DNA of 64,000 nt from Mizuhopecten yessoensis (taxonomy: Eukaryota), in the NCBI RefSeq assembly GCF_002113885.1, contig NW_018408922.1, positions 1 to 64,000 of the forward strand, written 5' to 3'. Made by a program: the position numbers and the translations under genes. Position 1 is the first letter of the stretch; the number at the start of each line of letters is the position of its first letter. Positions 12,163-25,500 of the stretch are shown piece after piece. The notes under the pieces were generated by a model. The model had not been told where the DNA came from and did no database searches. It saw only the letters and a program-made list of their open reading frames with translations.

Positions 12163-15100
12163 GTAAGTATCATATTGCAAACAATAGATACATGTTTTTT
12201 GGCGACTAATTCTGTTGAAGGTGGTGGTAGTAACCGTGTGATTAAATAGAAATAGAGGCATCATGCTAGGGTTATTCTAAAGGATAATTGATTGGGTTTA
12301 TATGACATGCCTAACCCGAATCACAGTCTATTGTTTTAAAATAGATTTTTCGTTTGTCTATCTCTGTGCTCATACAAACATTGAATGACTAACATGTTAA
12401 CAATGTTTCTATGCTAAATGGTAATTAAGGTTAGTTTGTTTTTATCGTTTTATGAATATGGACCACTTGCAGAAATCATTGTTATCATTGGTTTTTAAAT
12501 CATCTTAGTCTTTTATTCGATGCAGTTGCCGGACATAGCTTAAAGCTGCACTTGCCCTTATTTTACAAAGAACAAACATTTTCGTGATTTGCTTTACCAA
12601 ACAATTTGTACTGTACAGTTATTTATTTCCTCGTCCTAGTCCTACGTGTATTCGAGTACTTATGAAACAGGTGAGAGTTTATTGACAGCTTATCGCATTA
12701 TGCGTACCCCTATCCATATTAATACGGATGGCTTCTCATATTTTGGATGAGTTAATAGCCTGCTGCATCCCACATTGGATGTTATAAATGTTCCCTGCAG
12801 ATGATAGGGGTTTATTCTGTAGCTTGTGATTGGAATTTGAAATTTAACATTGATACACTGCATACATATCCAATATCATATTCTAATGGGTAACCCTGAC
12901 CAACTGATATTTTTAATCATTTTTTATTATTCAAGTCTACGACGTCAGAACAAGCTGAAGATGAAATAGACCTCTCACCAGATCAGATAGCTGGTGAGTG
13001 AGGCATTCATACTGCATTTCAGTACATAGATACATATCAATAAATGATTGAGAGATCCCATGTAGAATATATAAAGGACGGAGCGGTTGTAAAGGATATC
13101 TACGTGTATACTTGATGTTTGTTTCGAAGAAGTATTTTATTCATGATCAAGGGTTGTAGGCATTGATTTTTTTTTCTTTTTGAGTGAAGAGAACTTCATC
13201 TCTTGGGACTAAGATAATGGAAATAGAACAATTAAGTTTTGAATGAATACTTCATGAATAAATAAACATGGAAAAGCGTGTCAAAAAATGAATGCAGCTT
13301 CTGATTTTCCAAATTATGCATTTTCCAACAAAAGGGAGACAGTTAAATGACAAAATGTTGACAGATAGTTTGAAACATCAGTAATCACAGTGTCATTCCG
13401 TTTGAACATCACTGCATGGAAACAGTGATAACAAATCAAAACCATATAATTTTCCAGCTAAATTTAAGCTTTAAGGGTTCTGGAATTACCCTACTCAAGG
13501 ACACATCAACATTCCGACGTTTGATGGATTTGAATCTAAGACCTTGTACACTTCTAAACGTGCTACACGTCTCACGTGTCAGGCTTTTTTTTTAATCAGT
13601 ATTTTTTTTTTTTCTTTGGCAGTAGCTCATAATGATTTTTATCTCTCCAATAGAATTCCAGGAGGCATTTAGCCTTTTTGATAAAGATGGTGATGGTACA
13701 GTGTCGGCAAAGGAACTTGGAACGGTCATGAAGGCTCTGGGACAGAACCCATCAGATGCCGAACTACAAGAGATGATAAAAGAAGTAGATACTGATGGTA
13801 AGGTAAACGCATCAATAACAATAATGAACAATCGAATGTTTACAACAAGGCATGTTTTGTAATTGTTGTTAAAGATTATGTTTATTGTTTTATATAAAGT
13901 GTTACGAACTTTAAAAATCACAACTTATTTCTAATGTGCCATTTTTGATTCGGTGAACTCATTGATTAATATAATTGTTTGGGTCTATATTTGGTCCTCG
14001 CAGAGATTTTTTTCATATTTTCAACAACGTTGCCAGACTGGGACATTATTGAAAATGACGGTCCAAATTGGAGATCCTTGAAATACTCCTGGTCAGGACA
14101 ATTTTTTTTATACTTTCTCAAGAGCCTGAAAATCACTATTTTAATATAATGATCAATTTGTTTCCTTATATTGCTGCTGCTAATGTGTAGTTAATCATGT
14201 TGATATCAAATATGTACTTATTTGTTATAATTTTTGATGCCAGTACTGGGTTTTTTGTCAAAGCTTGAGTCCGAATTGAGCTTAACAGATTACTTGACAT
14301 AACTTCCCTTTCCTCATTCTATGCCTTAAAGTGTCAGTTCACCAAATGTTATTGCTTATAAATTACGTTTCAGAAATATTCTTTGTATGGAAAACATATT
14401 TTTAAAATCTGAAACCGGTGAAGTTTTTATTTTCAAAATAAGAACATATATAATATAACAAAATAATCAACTACCCCTTAACAGCATTAAAAGGAAGTTA
14501 TCAGCTTTGCATTTTAAAATAGTGATTTTACAGGCTTCATATTAAACTTTCTTTTCTGACCAGGAGTAGTTGAAGGAGCTCTCATGTGTCAATATAAGTC
14601 CTAAAGGGTCTGAGATCACTTTCAATACTGAAAGCAGTCTGGCTTATGTGTTTCGAAATATTTTTTTTTTTTTAAAGAAATCGTTGCGTGGGCCGACCAT
14701 ATAGGATTTATAGCATTGGTTTGGAGCCCACCTTTACAGCCACTCAAAGTTCTTCGTGTTTCTGTTACATCTGACAGTTTATGTGTTAACAAATACTGGA
14801 TTAATATAATACTGTCGGGATATTTTTGTGACGTAAACACTTTCATGATATTATAATTGGTACTATTTAATATCAAAATGTTCTAAGGAGCTTCATTCTT
14901 CTTCTTCTTATTTGTATTACAGGCAACGGTACGATCGAGTTCGATGAGTTTTTACAGATGATGGTAAAGAAAATGAAGGATTCTGACAGTGAACAGGAGA
15001 TAAAAGAGGCGTTCCGAGTGTTCGATAAGGATGGCAATGGTTACATAAGCGGAGAGGAGCTCCGCATCGTTATGGCTTGTCTGGGAGAAAAGTTATCTGA

Positions 15101-15478
15101 CGAAGAGGTAGAGGAGATGATTAGCGAGGCAGATCTTGACGGGGATGGTCTAATTAACTACGATGGTAAGGAATAAATATAACTTTTTAAGGAACTTTAT
15201 TCAACTTCTTTCGCCATGCATTTTTTAATTACATAATGCATTTACGTTTGTGTATGTGTTTCTAAAATCTCTGTGGTCTTTTTTGGAGACTTTTGTGTAA
15301 ATCTAGTTTATTTCTGGCTCACGTTTCAGTTATTTAATTAATATGATCACATGCCTACCTAACTTTTGAAACAAAATGTTTAAGTGTATTGTCTATTGAC
15401 TTAAAAACATCACTGTTGCAACCTAATGATGCACATTTTGTAACTGCAGAATTTCTGGCGATGATGTCGAAGAGTTGA
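12160..15478 (+). CDS. Calmodulin-like protein B (158 aa), join(12160-12162,12936-12993,13654-13797,14923-15165,15450-15478)
   Basis: [158 protein letters not shown]. Four canonical EF loops; about 70% identical to calmodulin by manual count against the remembered sequence. Confidence 0.93.
12936..12993 (+). CDS. CaML-B exon 2 ([19 protein letters not shown])
   Basis: tttttattattcaag|TCT ACG ... CAG ATA GCT G|gtgagt; 58 nt, phase 0 to phase 1. Confidence 0.85.
13654..13797 (+). CDS. CaML-B 144-nt exon
   Basis: ctccaatag|AA TTC CAG ... ACT GAT G|gtaagg. Confidence 0.95.
14923..15165 (+). CDS. CaML-B 243-nt exon
   Basis: tattacag|GC AAC GGT ... TAC GAT G|gtaagg. Confidence 0.95.
15450..15478 (+). 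CDS. CaML-B terminal exon (EFLAMMSKS*)
   Basis: taactgcag|AA TTT CTG GCG ATG ATG TCG AAG AGT TGA; 29 nt. Confidence 0.92.
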
Positions 15479-17770
15479 TACGCCATCACGGAATGAACAT
15501 TCTGTGTATATGTACAAGGACTGACGGATACTACAGTTATAAACGTACGTGCGAATGGATTTAAAATTTACATAAACTCTTCAAATCATATTACTTTATC
15601 TTTTAAAATGGGCCATTACCCTTCGTCGCCTCAGCTCCTACTACTATCACAGACAGTGACATTATCTAGACACGTAAACCAAATGTATACTAATGCAAGA
15701 GTTATTGAGATAGTTTCAAAACCAACCACCTTACTTAAAAACTCTTTTTATATTTTATCTTCGTTTTCAAAAGTTGGTGCAAACATTAACGTCTTCAGTG
15801 ACGTAAGTCAGAAATGTATTTATGACAAAAAGGCGCAACATGACATTATCAATCAGGGCGATGGGGATCTGTGCATGTTTGTGTAAAATAATTAAATGAT
15901 GCTCTTGTTTTGGCGATGCGTGCTGTAATGTAATGGGATCGTACATCTGTATGGAATGTTTAGCATGCGCCAAGCACTTTCGAACATTGCTATACACGTG
16001 TTCAGTTGAAGAATCATTATGATTTTATTTCTTCGACACGTCGCAGGGTTTGAATGCCAATATCCATTACATTAAATCGGAGCGTTTTGAGCGCCAATAG
16101 ATTGATATTTTAGAGAAGAGTAAAAACCAAAATCAGTTAAGATAAACATTCACTTTTAATTGAAGTCACACATTGGAAAGTGTACATAACAATCAAAGTA
16201 ATGTGCTTAAAAGGTGCAATGGGGTGAATTGATATTGCATAGTTGAGTTTTTATAGTGACGTTTAACACCAAATTTGTAGCATAAACATTAACACGTTTC
16301 TATTTTGGTGTTAAATTTTCACATATTTGATGACGTTACTTTTTAATGTGTAAACTTTTTTTGTGCTTCTGTGAAACCTTTCTAAATTAAATTGCATATA
16401 GATTTATTTTTTATTTTTGTAATTCTCATGCTTTCTCCTTCCACGAAATCGATTTGTATAACAATATACAAAATGAGACATGTTAAAAGTCAGGCTTATA
16501 CAAGATTAAGGAATAAGGAGGTTCTTCATATAAAGGTCACACTGTGTGTACTTAGACGTCATAAACTGCAAATATTTCATTTACTTAAAAGTTTTTGGGA
16601 AGCTACATCCGGACAAGTGAATATCTAAAAAAAGAATTAAGAATCATCCGGATAAATAGTGCAGCTTCGGTGATATTCAGTAGCTTATAATTTCGTAGTC
16701 CGGATTGATAAATATCACAAAGATAAACAGTAGTTAAATAAGACAACTTTAAAAAAAAATAACCTGTAAGTTGTAGGCCACAGAGTAGTCCAATGAAATA
16801 ATGTAACATTTTATATTGTATATATGTACATAGAAATGCAAACAATCTTAGTTAGCCAATATCCAAATATGTTTTTGAAACTCCATCGATGGAAATTAAT
16901 TGACGTCCATTACATCCTTCATTCCAATATCCTAACACTAAGATGCCGTATGAGATTATCTATAAACCGCTTATCTTTGCAATTGTATGCAAGGCACCTA
17001 CTAAAATACAGTAAATCCTCATTATAATGTCTCTCGTTTCCTTGCCATCTCTCTAATCGCCAACGTTATTTTCAAGTCTCCATTTTAAGATTCCATACCA
17101 ATCGCTTGTTAAGCCCATTCAATATAATGTCAAATCCCATATAGGAACGCTTCATTTAAGCTGAAGAAATGGAAGCAGTATAGCGAGGTATTATAGCGTG
17201 TTTTCACTCTCATTCGTGTGTTAATCAATAGGTCATAAAAGTACAATATTTATAGAATGATATATTGAATTGTCATATAAATATGGCGTCCTGACAAAAT
17301 AGAAATCATGGAATAAATTAATTCACGATTGCACATTCTAAAAGTTGCAAAAACAGATTTTGAATAGAAAATGCTGTAATATTTAGATTTTAAATTGTTA
17401 TAAATTGACTTCCAGATTTCTGAAATACATCATAATACAAAAATGATATCGAATTTTACATGACCTGTCTCATCAGGTGTTAGCAGTTAACACTATGTAT
17501 AAACCATCGTATGGCATTGCCACTATATAACCCTACCAAATTCAGTTGACGTTCATATAGGCTATGAATGCCATGGACCGATCGCTGACGTCATCATTAT
17601 TATGACGTCATAATTGTTACGTTGGATACCATTGACCCTTCCTGGGCGATGGTTTTTCTATTAATTGAACAAGCATACACGATATATACATTATTTGAAC
17701 TTAATACTGAATAATTATAAGTTTAATTGATTTTTTTTTGAGGTGAACAAATTCCAAAAATGGTAAATAA

Positions 17771-17909
17771 AGTATTGAGCTGCTTTCAGTTTGCATTCAT
17801 ACTCAGTCAGAGTTCCAACTGGACAAAGGAAAATCCATTCAATGAATTTGCCTTTATCCAGTTGGCATTCATATTGCCTATGAATGCCAACTGAAAGCAG
17901 TTCAATGCT
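17771..17909. repeat. Nested inverted repeat (fold-back), probably part of a non-autonomous DNA element
   Basis: Outer arms agtattgagctgctttcagtttgcattcata / tatgaatgccaactgaaagcagttcaatgct; inner arms ccaactggacaaaggaaaatccatt / aatgaatttgcctttatccagttgg. Confidence 0.8.
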
Positions 17910-19473
17910 TAAGTGTATAACAATGAAATAAAAACGGCAGATACGGTGATATATTGATACTTTGTTTTTCGATTATCAAATAATAACAAAATATTTGTAT
18001 AAGAAACGCAAATACCATTATCATGTAATGTGTTAAATACCTTGTAAGTTAGTCAATTATTTCAGGTGGTTTAAATTATGAATATGAATGAATATATGTT
18101 TAAAAAACTGTGGTCATGGTATTGCCATATAACAGTTACGTTTTTGCCTAGATGGTAAACAGAGTGCTCTTTCTTACCTGTTAGTGTAAAACCATCATCA
18201 TTGATTACATCATACAGATATGAAGTCGTTAGGATTTTCATCACAAAAAGGTAGAATGATGTTATATTACCGATTCATTAAGATAGTTTTTAACCACAGC
18301 ATCAATATATATATATTTCTACCAACGATATTGTCGGAAAGATTGCATCATGATACAGGTGTGTAGTAGGTAGAAATTATATTTTGGTTGTTATATTTGA
18401 GGTAGCATTCCCCAGGATATCTACTCGACACATGTATACATTAGAGTTAGCCCAGCAGTTGCATGTTTTCATTTGTTAATCTTAAATTTTCTCACTATAG
18501 AAATGTTTCTCTTTCACTTTCTTGCTAAAATTACAAAAGAAAACCCAACCAATATTGTAAATGCAGTGAGCTTCCTTCATAATAGAATGAACTAGGTCAT
18601 TTATGTTTGATTGGTTGTCGTTGTTGAAACCTATGACCTAGTTATGTTTACTTTTATATTGATTTGCTATCAAGATGAATGAGTTTCGTTTTTGAACAAA
18701 TTATTATTTAGCAGGATTCTTGGTGTGACACTCAAATACAGAGAGATAGCTGAAGGATTAAATTTATCACTGATCTCAGTGGGGGTGAACACATGCATTG
18801 GAGGTTAATAAAGATTATATGTTACCTTTAACAATGCCTGTAATTGACGTTTTGATGTTTACCTAATAAATGTTTCATTACTATTATGAAGTAATTGAAA
18901 ATAAGTTTTTTTAGTTAACATTTTCTGCGGTATCTTTAAAATGTACATTTTAAGCAATTATTTTCCAAATTCTGTTGTAATTTTCGTAAATATATTTAAT
19001 ATGGTGATTGAACTCTTTTAGTTAGGAGGTAAGCAAATCACAGCAAGGAAGCATATAACTTTGGGTACACCATGCTAGACACAAATGTTATATAAATGAC
19101 TTTAACGTATTTAAATATCTTGTATATACATTCATGTGTTTGTTTGTGGACTTGAACTGAGCATAAAAATGCAGGTATGACTGTTGATCTATTTTGAGGG
19201 CCGTTGTACAATGTATGACGATAGTTATATATAATGATAAAATGCACATAATACTGAATAAAATTGTAAACACAAATCTGGAATGTTCTCAGTGTAAGAA
19301 ATTTTGTCAGGAAGTTTATCCGTCCTTGTTATTTTTTATGAACTACTCGTACAAGTACAAAAATGTCAATATATACAGAAAATCGATTCATATCACTTCA
19401 GTAAAGCCCAAATTCGGTCGATGCAGGAAATCTTGTCGTTGTACACAACTTCTTGTTCTGCAAGCGTATTACG

Positions 19474-19511
19474 CTATCTCCAATCTTTCTTTGTTATCAT
19501 CATCACAAACT
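19474..19511 (-). CDS. CaML-C terminal exon ([12 protein letters not shown])
   Basis: cttttcgttccag|AG TTT GTG ATG ATG ATA ACA AAG AAA GAT TGG AGA TAG. Confidence 0.9.
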
Positions 19512-22500
19512 CTGGAACGAAAAGTTTGTAAAACTAAAAATTAAATTTATCAAACATTTCCATTTCCAAATTGTGACTATTAGTTTCATGTGGGTACCTG
19601 ACATTCACGTTACAATCCGTTATTTATGAACTGAAAGCAAATACGACAGACAATAGTTTCTCCTGTCCAGATCGTTGTATTATTTTTCCAAATATCGTCT
19701 TGCTTTACACTTGGTTACGGGTTGTCAACACTTGTCAATCATTAATTTATAATATTATATTTCATTTTGCTAAATATATCAAATCACTTTCTACGTATAA
19801 GCAACACCCAACCACTCTGATTCTTTCTCTACATAATGTTTTAATTTGACTCGTGTTTCCAATATCAATTAGCCGTTGAAGTAATGTCATGTGGTTGCAC
19901 TAGACTGTTGGCGTATAAAGTGTGTCGTATGAAATAATTCCAACAGCTATTGAATATTATAGCTATATATCATATTACCCTTTAGTTTCTAGGATAGCTA
20001 TTGCATAACTACCCTTGTTCTATTTTGTATAGTTAGCATCCGCCCTTGACGACGGGAACTATACCTGAGACGGGCACTATATCTATTTTTGGATCGCTGA
20101 GACTGCGGGAAAAGTAATGTGACGCTAAGAGTTGCGCCCCTTCTCCTAGGGGGCGCTGTACATATTCTACGTTCACTTCATTGTTGTCGTCTTCCAAAAT
20201 GGCTTCGAGATTCGGGACCGGGAATGTCGATTGCTTCGCACAGGCTAAGCAATGCAGTAATGTGATGTACTATATCTGTTATGACCCTTTCCCTCGGGAA
20301 CAGTTATCTTATAGTGTTGTCTAGGGAGGTGTGGTGCCTCGTCTATCGGCTCGGGCACTATACCTCCCCAGAAAACACTATAAGAGCCTCAGGAAAGGGC
20401 CATAATAGAATAGTGATGACCAGAAGCCAGACAGACCATCTTACCGTCATACTCAAGGAGACCATCTCCATCTTTGTCAGCAACCTCTAACAACTCGTCC
20501 ACCTCCTCAATAGACACATCAACCTCTTCCAGACTGGTCAGCACATATCTCATCTCGTCCACGTGAATGAATCCTTGACTATCACGGTCAAATACCCGCC
20601 AGGCCTGTCTGACCTCCTCGGCGTCGTCAATGGTGTCAATCTTTCTCTTCATCATATTCACGAACTCTACAAACTCGATAGTGCCATTCCCTGTAAAGTG
20701 TGGGTACGAATATCAATGTATTTGGTTTTTATCTTGCTACATTGGCTTTCTCAAAAGATCTCAACTTACTTAATGTTACAGTTTTGCACTTAGACATACT
20801 CTGTGAATGATCAACGAAAATACCGTATTGACCCCTTTAGAGAATAACTGTAAATACTTATTAATTACACGCATATACAAAACTCTAGAGACAGAATCAT
20901 TTATAGTTCAACAGTTTTGACACCAGTAAATATATAACAAATCATAAATTCGATCCATTGATACAGTAAGCAAAGACGAAAAGCCGTACCGTCCGCATCC
21001 ACTTCGTTGATCATGTCCTGTACCTCGGCGTCTGTCGGGTTCTGTCCTAGTGACCTCATCACTGTCCCCAACTCTTTCAACGACACGATGCCATCCCCAT
21101 TCTTGTCAAACACACTGAAAGCCTCCCGTATCTCTGGAATGATGATTTTAAAAATAGAAAAAACTGATCGTAACAAAAGCACGTGTGATTACACCTATAC
21201 AATTTCAATTACACTGTAACATCGATTTGTTTGTCCTTTTACGATTCCTCGGTGAATCTAGGGGCCAAAAGTTACTTGTTGTGAAAAAATAGGCTACTTT
21301 ATCTTGTACATAATACCAGTGATTTATATAGGAGTTAAGGATATTTGCTAGCTTACACAATTAACCTGTCGTTTGATTGAGATGTAATGTTACATGGTAC
21401 CTTACAAATTATAATTGTTATAAATGTAGGTGATTTATAATTAGGTTAAGGGTTTATGCTACCTTACATAATATAACTAATACTAGTGTTAAATGTTGAT
21501 GCTACCTTACATCTTATTATTGTGTTGTACAAAACACCAATCTTCTCAGTAAAACAAAATATATATTTTTGGCTTACATGCATTTCAAAGTTTATTTGTT
21601 TATGTAAGAAGACAACTTATGCATAAAATGAAATACACATAGTCAGATACATATGACTTCATTTTATGCAAAATGGTCTATCCCCGTTACTATTACATAG
21701 AGCTGTACTTATGTAAAATATTACAGATGGCCTAATGATTATACAAGAACACCAATGATATATATTCCGATAGAACAGGTTACTTGGCACGTTTTCATGT
21801 CAATAGCTTATTATTACCAGAAAGATACTTATTGGTGATAACATTATAAAGCACAAGGCAGGATGGATACATATCGTTAAAACAAATACCAAAATACAAC
21901 TGTCTCTGATATATATATGTAATAGGTTGAAAATCTTCATCATTTGTAACTGATAAAAATCTCTTTTAACATAAAAAAGAGTATAATTTAGAATTGATCA
22001 TTCTATTTAAACATGTTTATATTTTTCCACACAATAGCATAACCTTAACTATATTGATACAGATTATCTATAAGAAGTACATTTTCAAACATTTATTGAG
22101 AACAATATATTATTAATAGAAGGATATACATTTCGACATTTTTGATTTTATAAATGTTGAATGCCGTTACATATACAGTTCTATCACATTTTCCTATTTC
22201 TTCTGATTCGCCGAAACAAAACACTAGGTAGGCTGGTACCCAGTCTCTATAAAACAATAATGGCATTTCAGACCAAAGATTTAAAAGTACGTTCTTTCAC
22301 CGGTGGGAAAGGGACTTAAAAAAGATATTTGGGTTTTTTGGTCGACTTTGTGATGACAATACCTATAAAACAATTGGTAATTAGCATATTAAACCAGTTC
22401 ACAATCCATAACCGAACGACCACTTGAGTAGTTTTGTACTATTAGACGTCTAAGCAATGCACGTAGTTTGTAATTAGTTATTGAATTAGAATGTCGACTT

Positions 22501-25500
22501 AACTTTGAGGCGTCACCTTAGGTATACAATTACCATGTCATTATACCTTAATTCAGTACAGGTAGTATAACTACACAAAGACACATTGCACCTGTATAAC
22601 AATACTCAATTATTCAGGGTGGCCTTCCTAATCAGGTCGTTATAATCGATATTATATAGTGTATGCTTCTTATACAAATACACGCCCCGGGTTCTTATTG
22701 AATATAAACATTGTGACTATTTATTATAACACATACAGTAGAAGTAACCGTACGGAAAAAAAATACTAATTAAAGTTGAAGAGAGTTTCAAAAACGTGTC
22801 GATACAGAGCTGTTTAAATTGCCTCCATGTAACACTTAATAACGGTAATGCTGGTGATGCAGTTGTGAGGATATCTGTTCAAGTGCATATAAGATAACTA
22901 GGCCATGTACATAACCTGAAAATATGGTTTGCGTATATGATGTACGCTAAATTCTTAAACGTAAATGTAATCTTTCGTAAGGAATAGTAAGACAGGTTGT
23001 GCATTTGAANNNNNNNNNNNNNNNNNNNNNNNNNNNNNNNNNNNNNNNNNNNNNNNNNNNNNNNNNNNNNNNNNNNNNNNNNNNNNNNNNNNNNNNNNNN
23101 NNNNNNNNNNNNNNNNNNNNNNNNNNNNNNNNNNNNNNNNATTTTTTTGTTATAAATTTAAGTCTCTGACAGAATCAATGATTTAATAATATTTTTACTG
23201 CACCTTCGAAAAATCCCATTTTGCTATTTAGGTAAAAAAGTCTACTAATCATCTTTTTTTTTATTGCACACACCATAACGCATTATACAGCTAGTAACAA
23301 TATATAGAATTGTGTTAACTTAACTAAAGGAATGCATTCAAAATAATTTAAAATTTAAATCAATTTGTGATTGGCTGCCATAATTGACCAATGTGAAAAT
23401 AGTGATCTCGCGAAAATAAAATATAACAGTATATTACACCTAAATAGGCGAGTAGAGATTATGGTGATGGAGAAAGGAGTACACTTAATGCAAGGAAAGT
23501 AAGACGGTCAGAGAACTAGCACATTACTACTCTGTACACAATGTGATATAAGCGGTACTGTCAGATCTGTCAGACATTCCTTATGTAAAACATTCTTTGT
23601 GTATATATAGGTCATTGTAACAGACTTGTGTATCCTCTTGATACTAAGTCTCAGGACAGACATTAGCATCGGTTAACGCCTTACACAGTATATGTGTTGC
23701 AGCATTAGAGCTTTACAGCAGAAGGCTTTTAGTGATAAGGTGAAATTGTACAGTTAAGTTATTTATGTAAAGTATATTCTTCATGTAGGTCTGAATTCGG
23801 TTTTTGCTATTATCGTGTTATGTGGAATATTACATATTCCTGCAATGTTAAGTTTAGATTGTAAGGTTTGTAGTGTTATTTGATTTAACTGTAAGCACAA
23901 CGTGAACTCTCTACATTGTGTATACTATATGGAACCAGTTAAACCATATATCGCTATCTATACCATACAGTTACATGTATTGTATACATTTATCAATTAT
24001 GGACTTTTGTTGAAGTTATTTTTTGGTTATATGAACATGAGAAAGTGATATAAAGCCAGGCGAACTCCAGTTTAATATCCAGTTTCTCAGGTCCATATGA
24101 CCACATATTCACAGAATTTAAAGCTTTAATTGTTTATGTTATATGTTTAATACTTTTTAAACCATTAAAAGATATGGAACGTAACATTTCTTGTTAAGCA
24201 AAACCGCTAAAATAAGTGTACACGCAATGTAAGTATTCTCAAGTGTTGATAATAACGAATGTGTTTTCTTACAAATAGACGTCGTTTGGTTTAAGTTCAT
24301 TTTTAAATGTTCTGACATCTTTAATGATGAGTTTGCCCATTTTGAGATAGTTGACTATAACATTCCTTTATTGATACGTGCCGATGTGTTAACAGAATTA
24401 GACAGAAAATTTCAGTTTGATATAACGATATATTGACACTCCATGATGTCGATTTCAACCGTATTCTGTTTTGCTGCCATGCTGTGATATCTAGTACAAA
24501 ACTGCATCAGTTGAACCAAGATAGATTAACAGATTAGAACATATATAAACATGCTTGATCACTGGGGTTTTATTTCGTACGATTTTAATGTGGTAATAAA
24601 TGAAGGGTTACTAGCAGTTGGTAGTGATTGGTATCAGTAACACTCACCGGCTACCTGTTCCTCCGTCAGGCTCTGAAGCGCCGCAAGATTTGCCTGAAAC
24701 ATAGGTGTGTCCATACATCAAAACACATCTTATTAACTGCTGTGCTTATTTTGAAAGTATCGTATCTAAAGATAAAGGTCGCATGCATTTAACAGACATT
24801 AAACATTCAGTACACCATTAAATGCAAACATCATACCAAGTTTTAAAGATATCGAAGATATAGAAGCAATGTTTTGATTTTGTAAAGGTGATTTTTATCT
24901 GTGATAGAAACGTACAATAATATGAGAGACTAAACGGATGATTAATACAATAAAATCATTATACAGGGCCACATGGTAGTCTTAACGAGGGAAATTCTTG
25001 ATGTTTTTTCATACCAAAGTAGGGCCCATACACTTAAGTGAGGTATTTTTTCCCGAAGAAGACGATAATTGGGATTCTTTTCTCTCAAGTATTTTGTATT
25101 GCCTTTTTTCTTATCAATTGACACTCCTACAGTACATGAACACAACTCAAGGCAGAGAAACAAATATCCACAATGACAACCGTGCTATGAACAATATACG
25201 GTTCAAGATGTACCAATGGTATAGGCCAGGTGCACATAATAACGAAAAACTAGGGTGGATTCCCAGGTACAACAAACCCGAGATAAATACTGTTTTTTTT
25301 TATACATTTTACTATCACACATCACGAACGACTAAGGATAGCATAACAGTTTTCTGTATTAGAAATATACACGACACTTTGTCAAAGTACAACATAATAC
25401 ATGTACCAGAGTCGTGCAATTACTATTTTACTTTAGAAACACTGTAAAATATTCGTTAAACAATATCTGAGCTGTCTTTATAATGGGACAAATGCACATC

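Noticed and set aside
12160-15478. Calling CaML-B the organism's true calmodulin
   Set aside because: About 40 substitutions plus an N-terminal extension; authentic animal calmodulins differ by only a few residues.
24998-25447. 149-aa plus-strand ORF
   Set aside because: Non-ATG start, antisense within a CaML-C intron, no recognisable domain.
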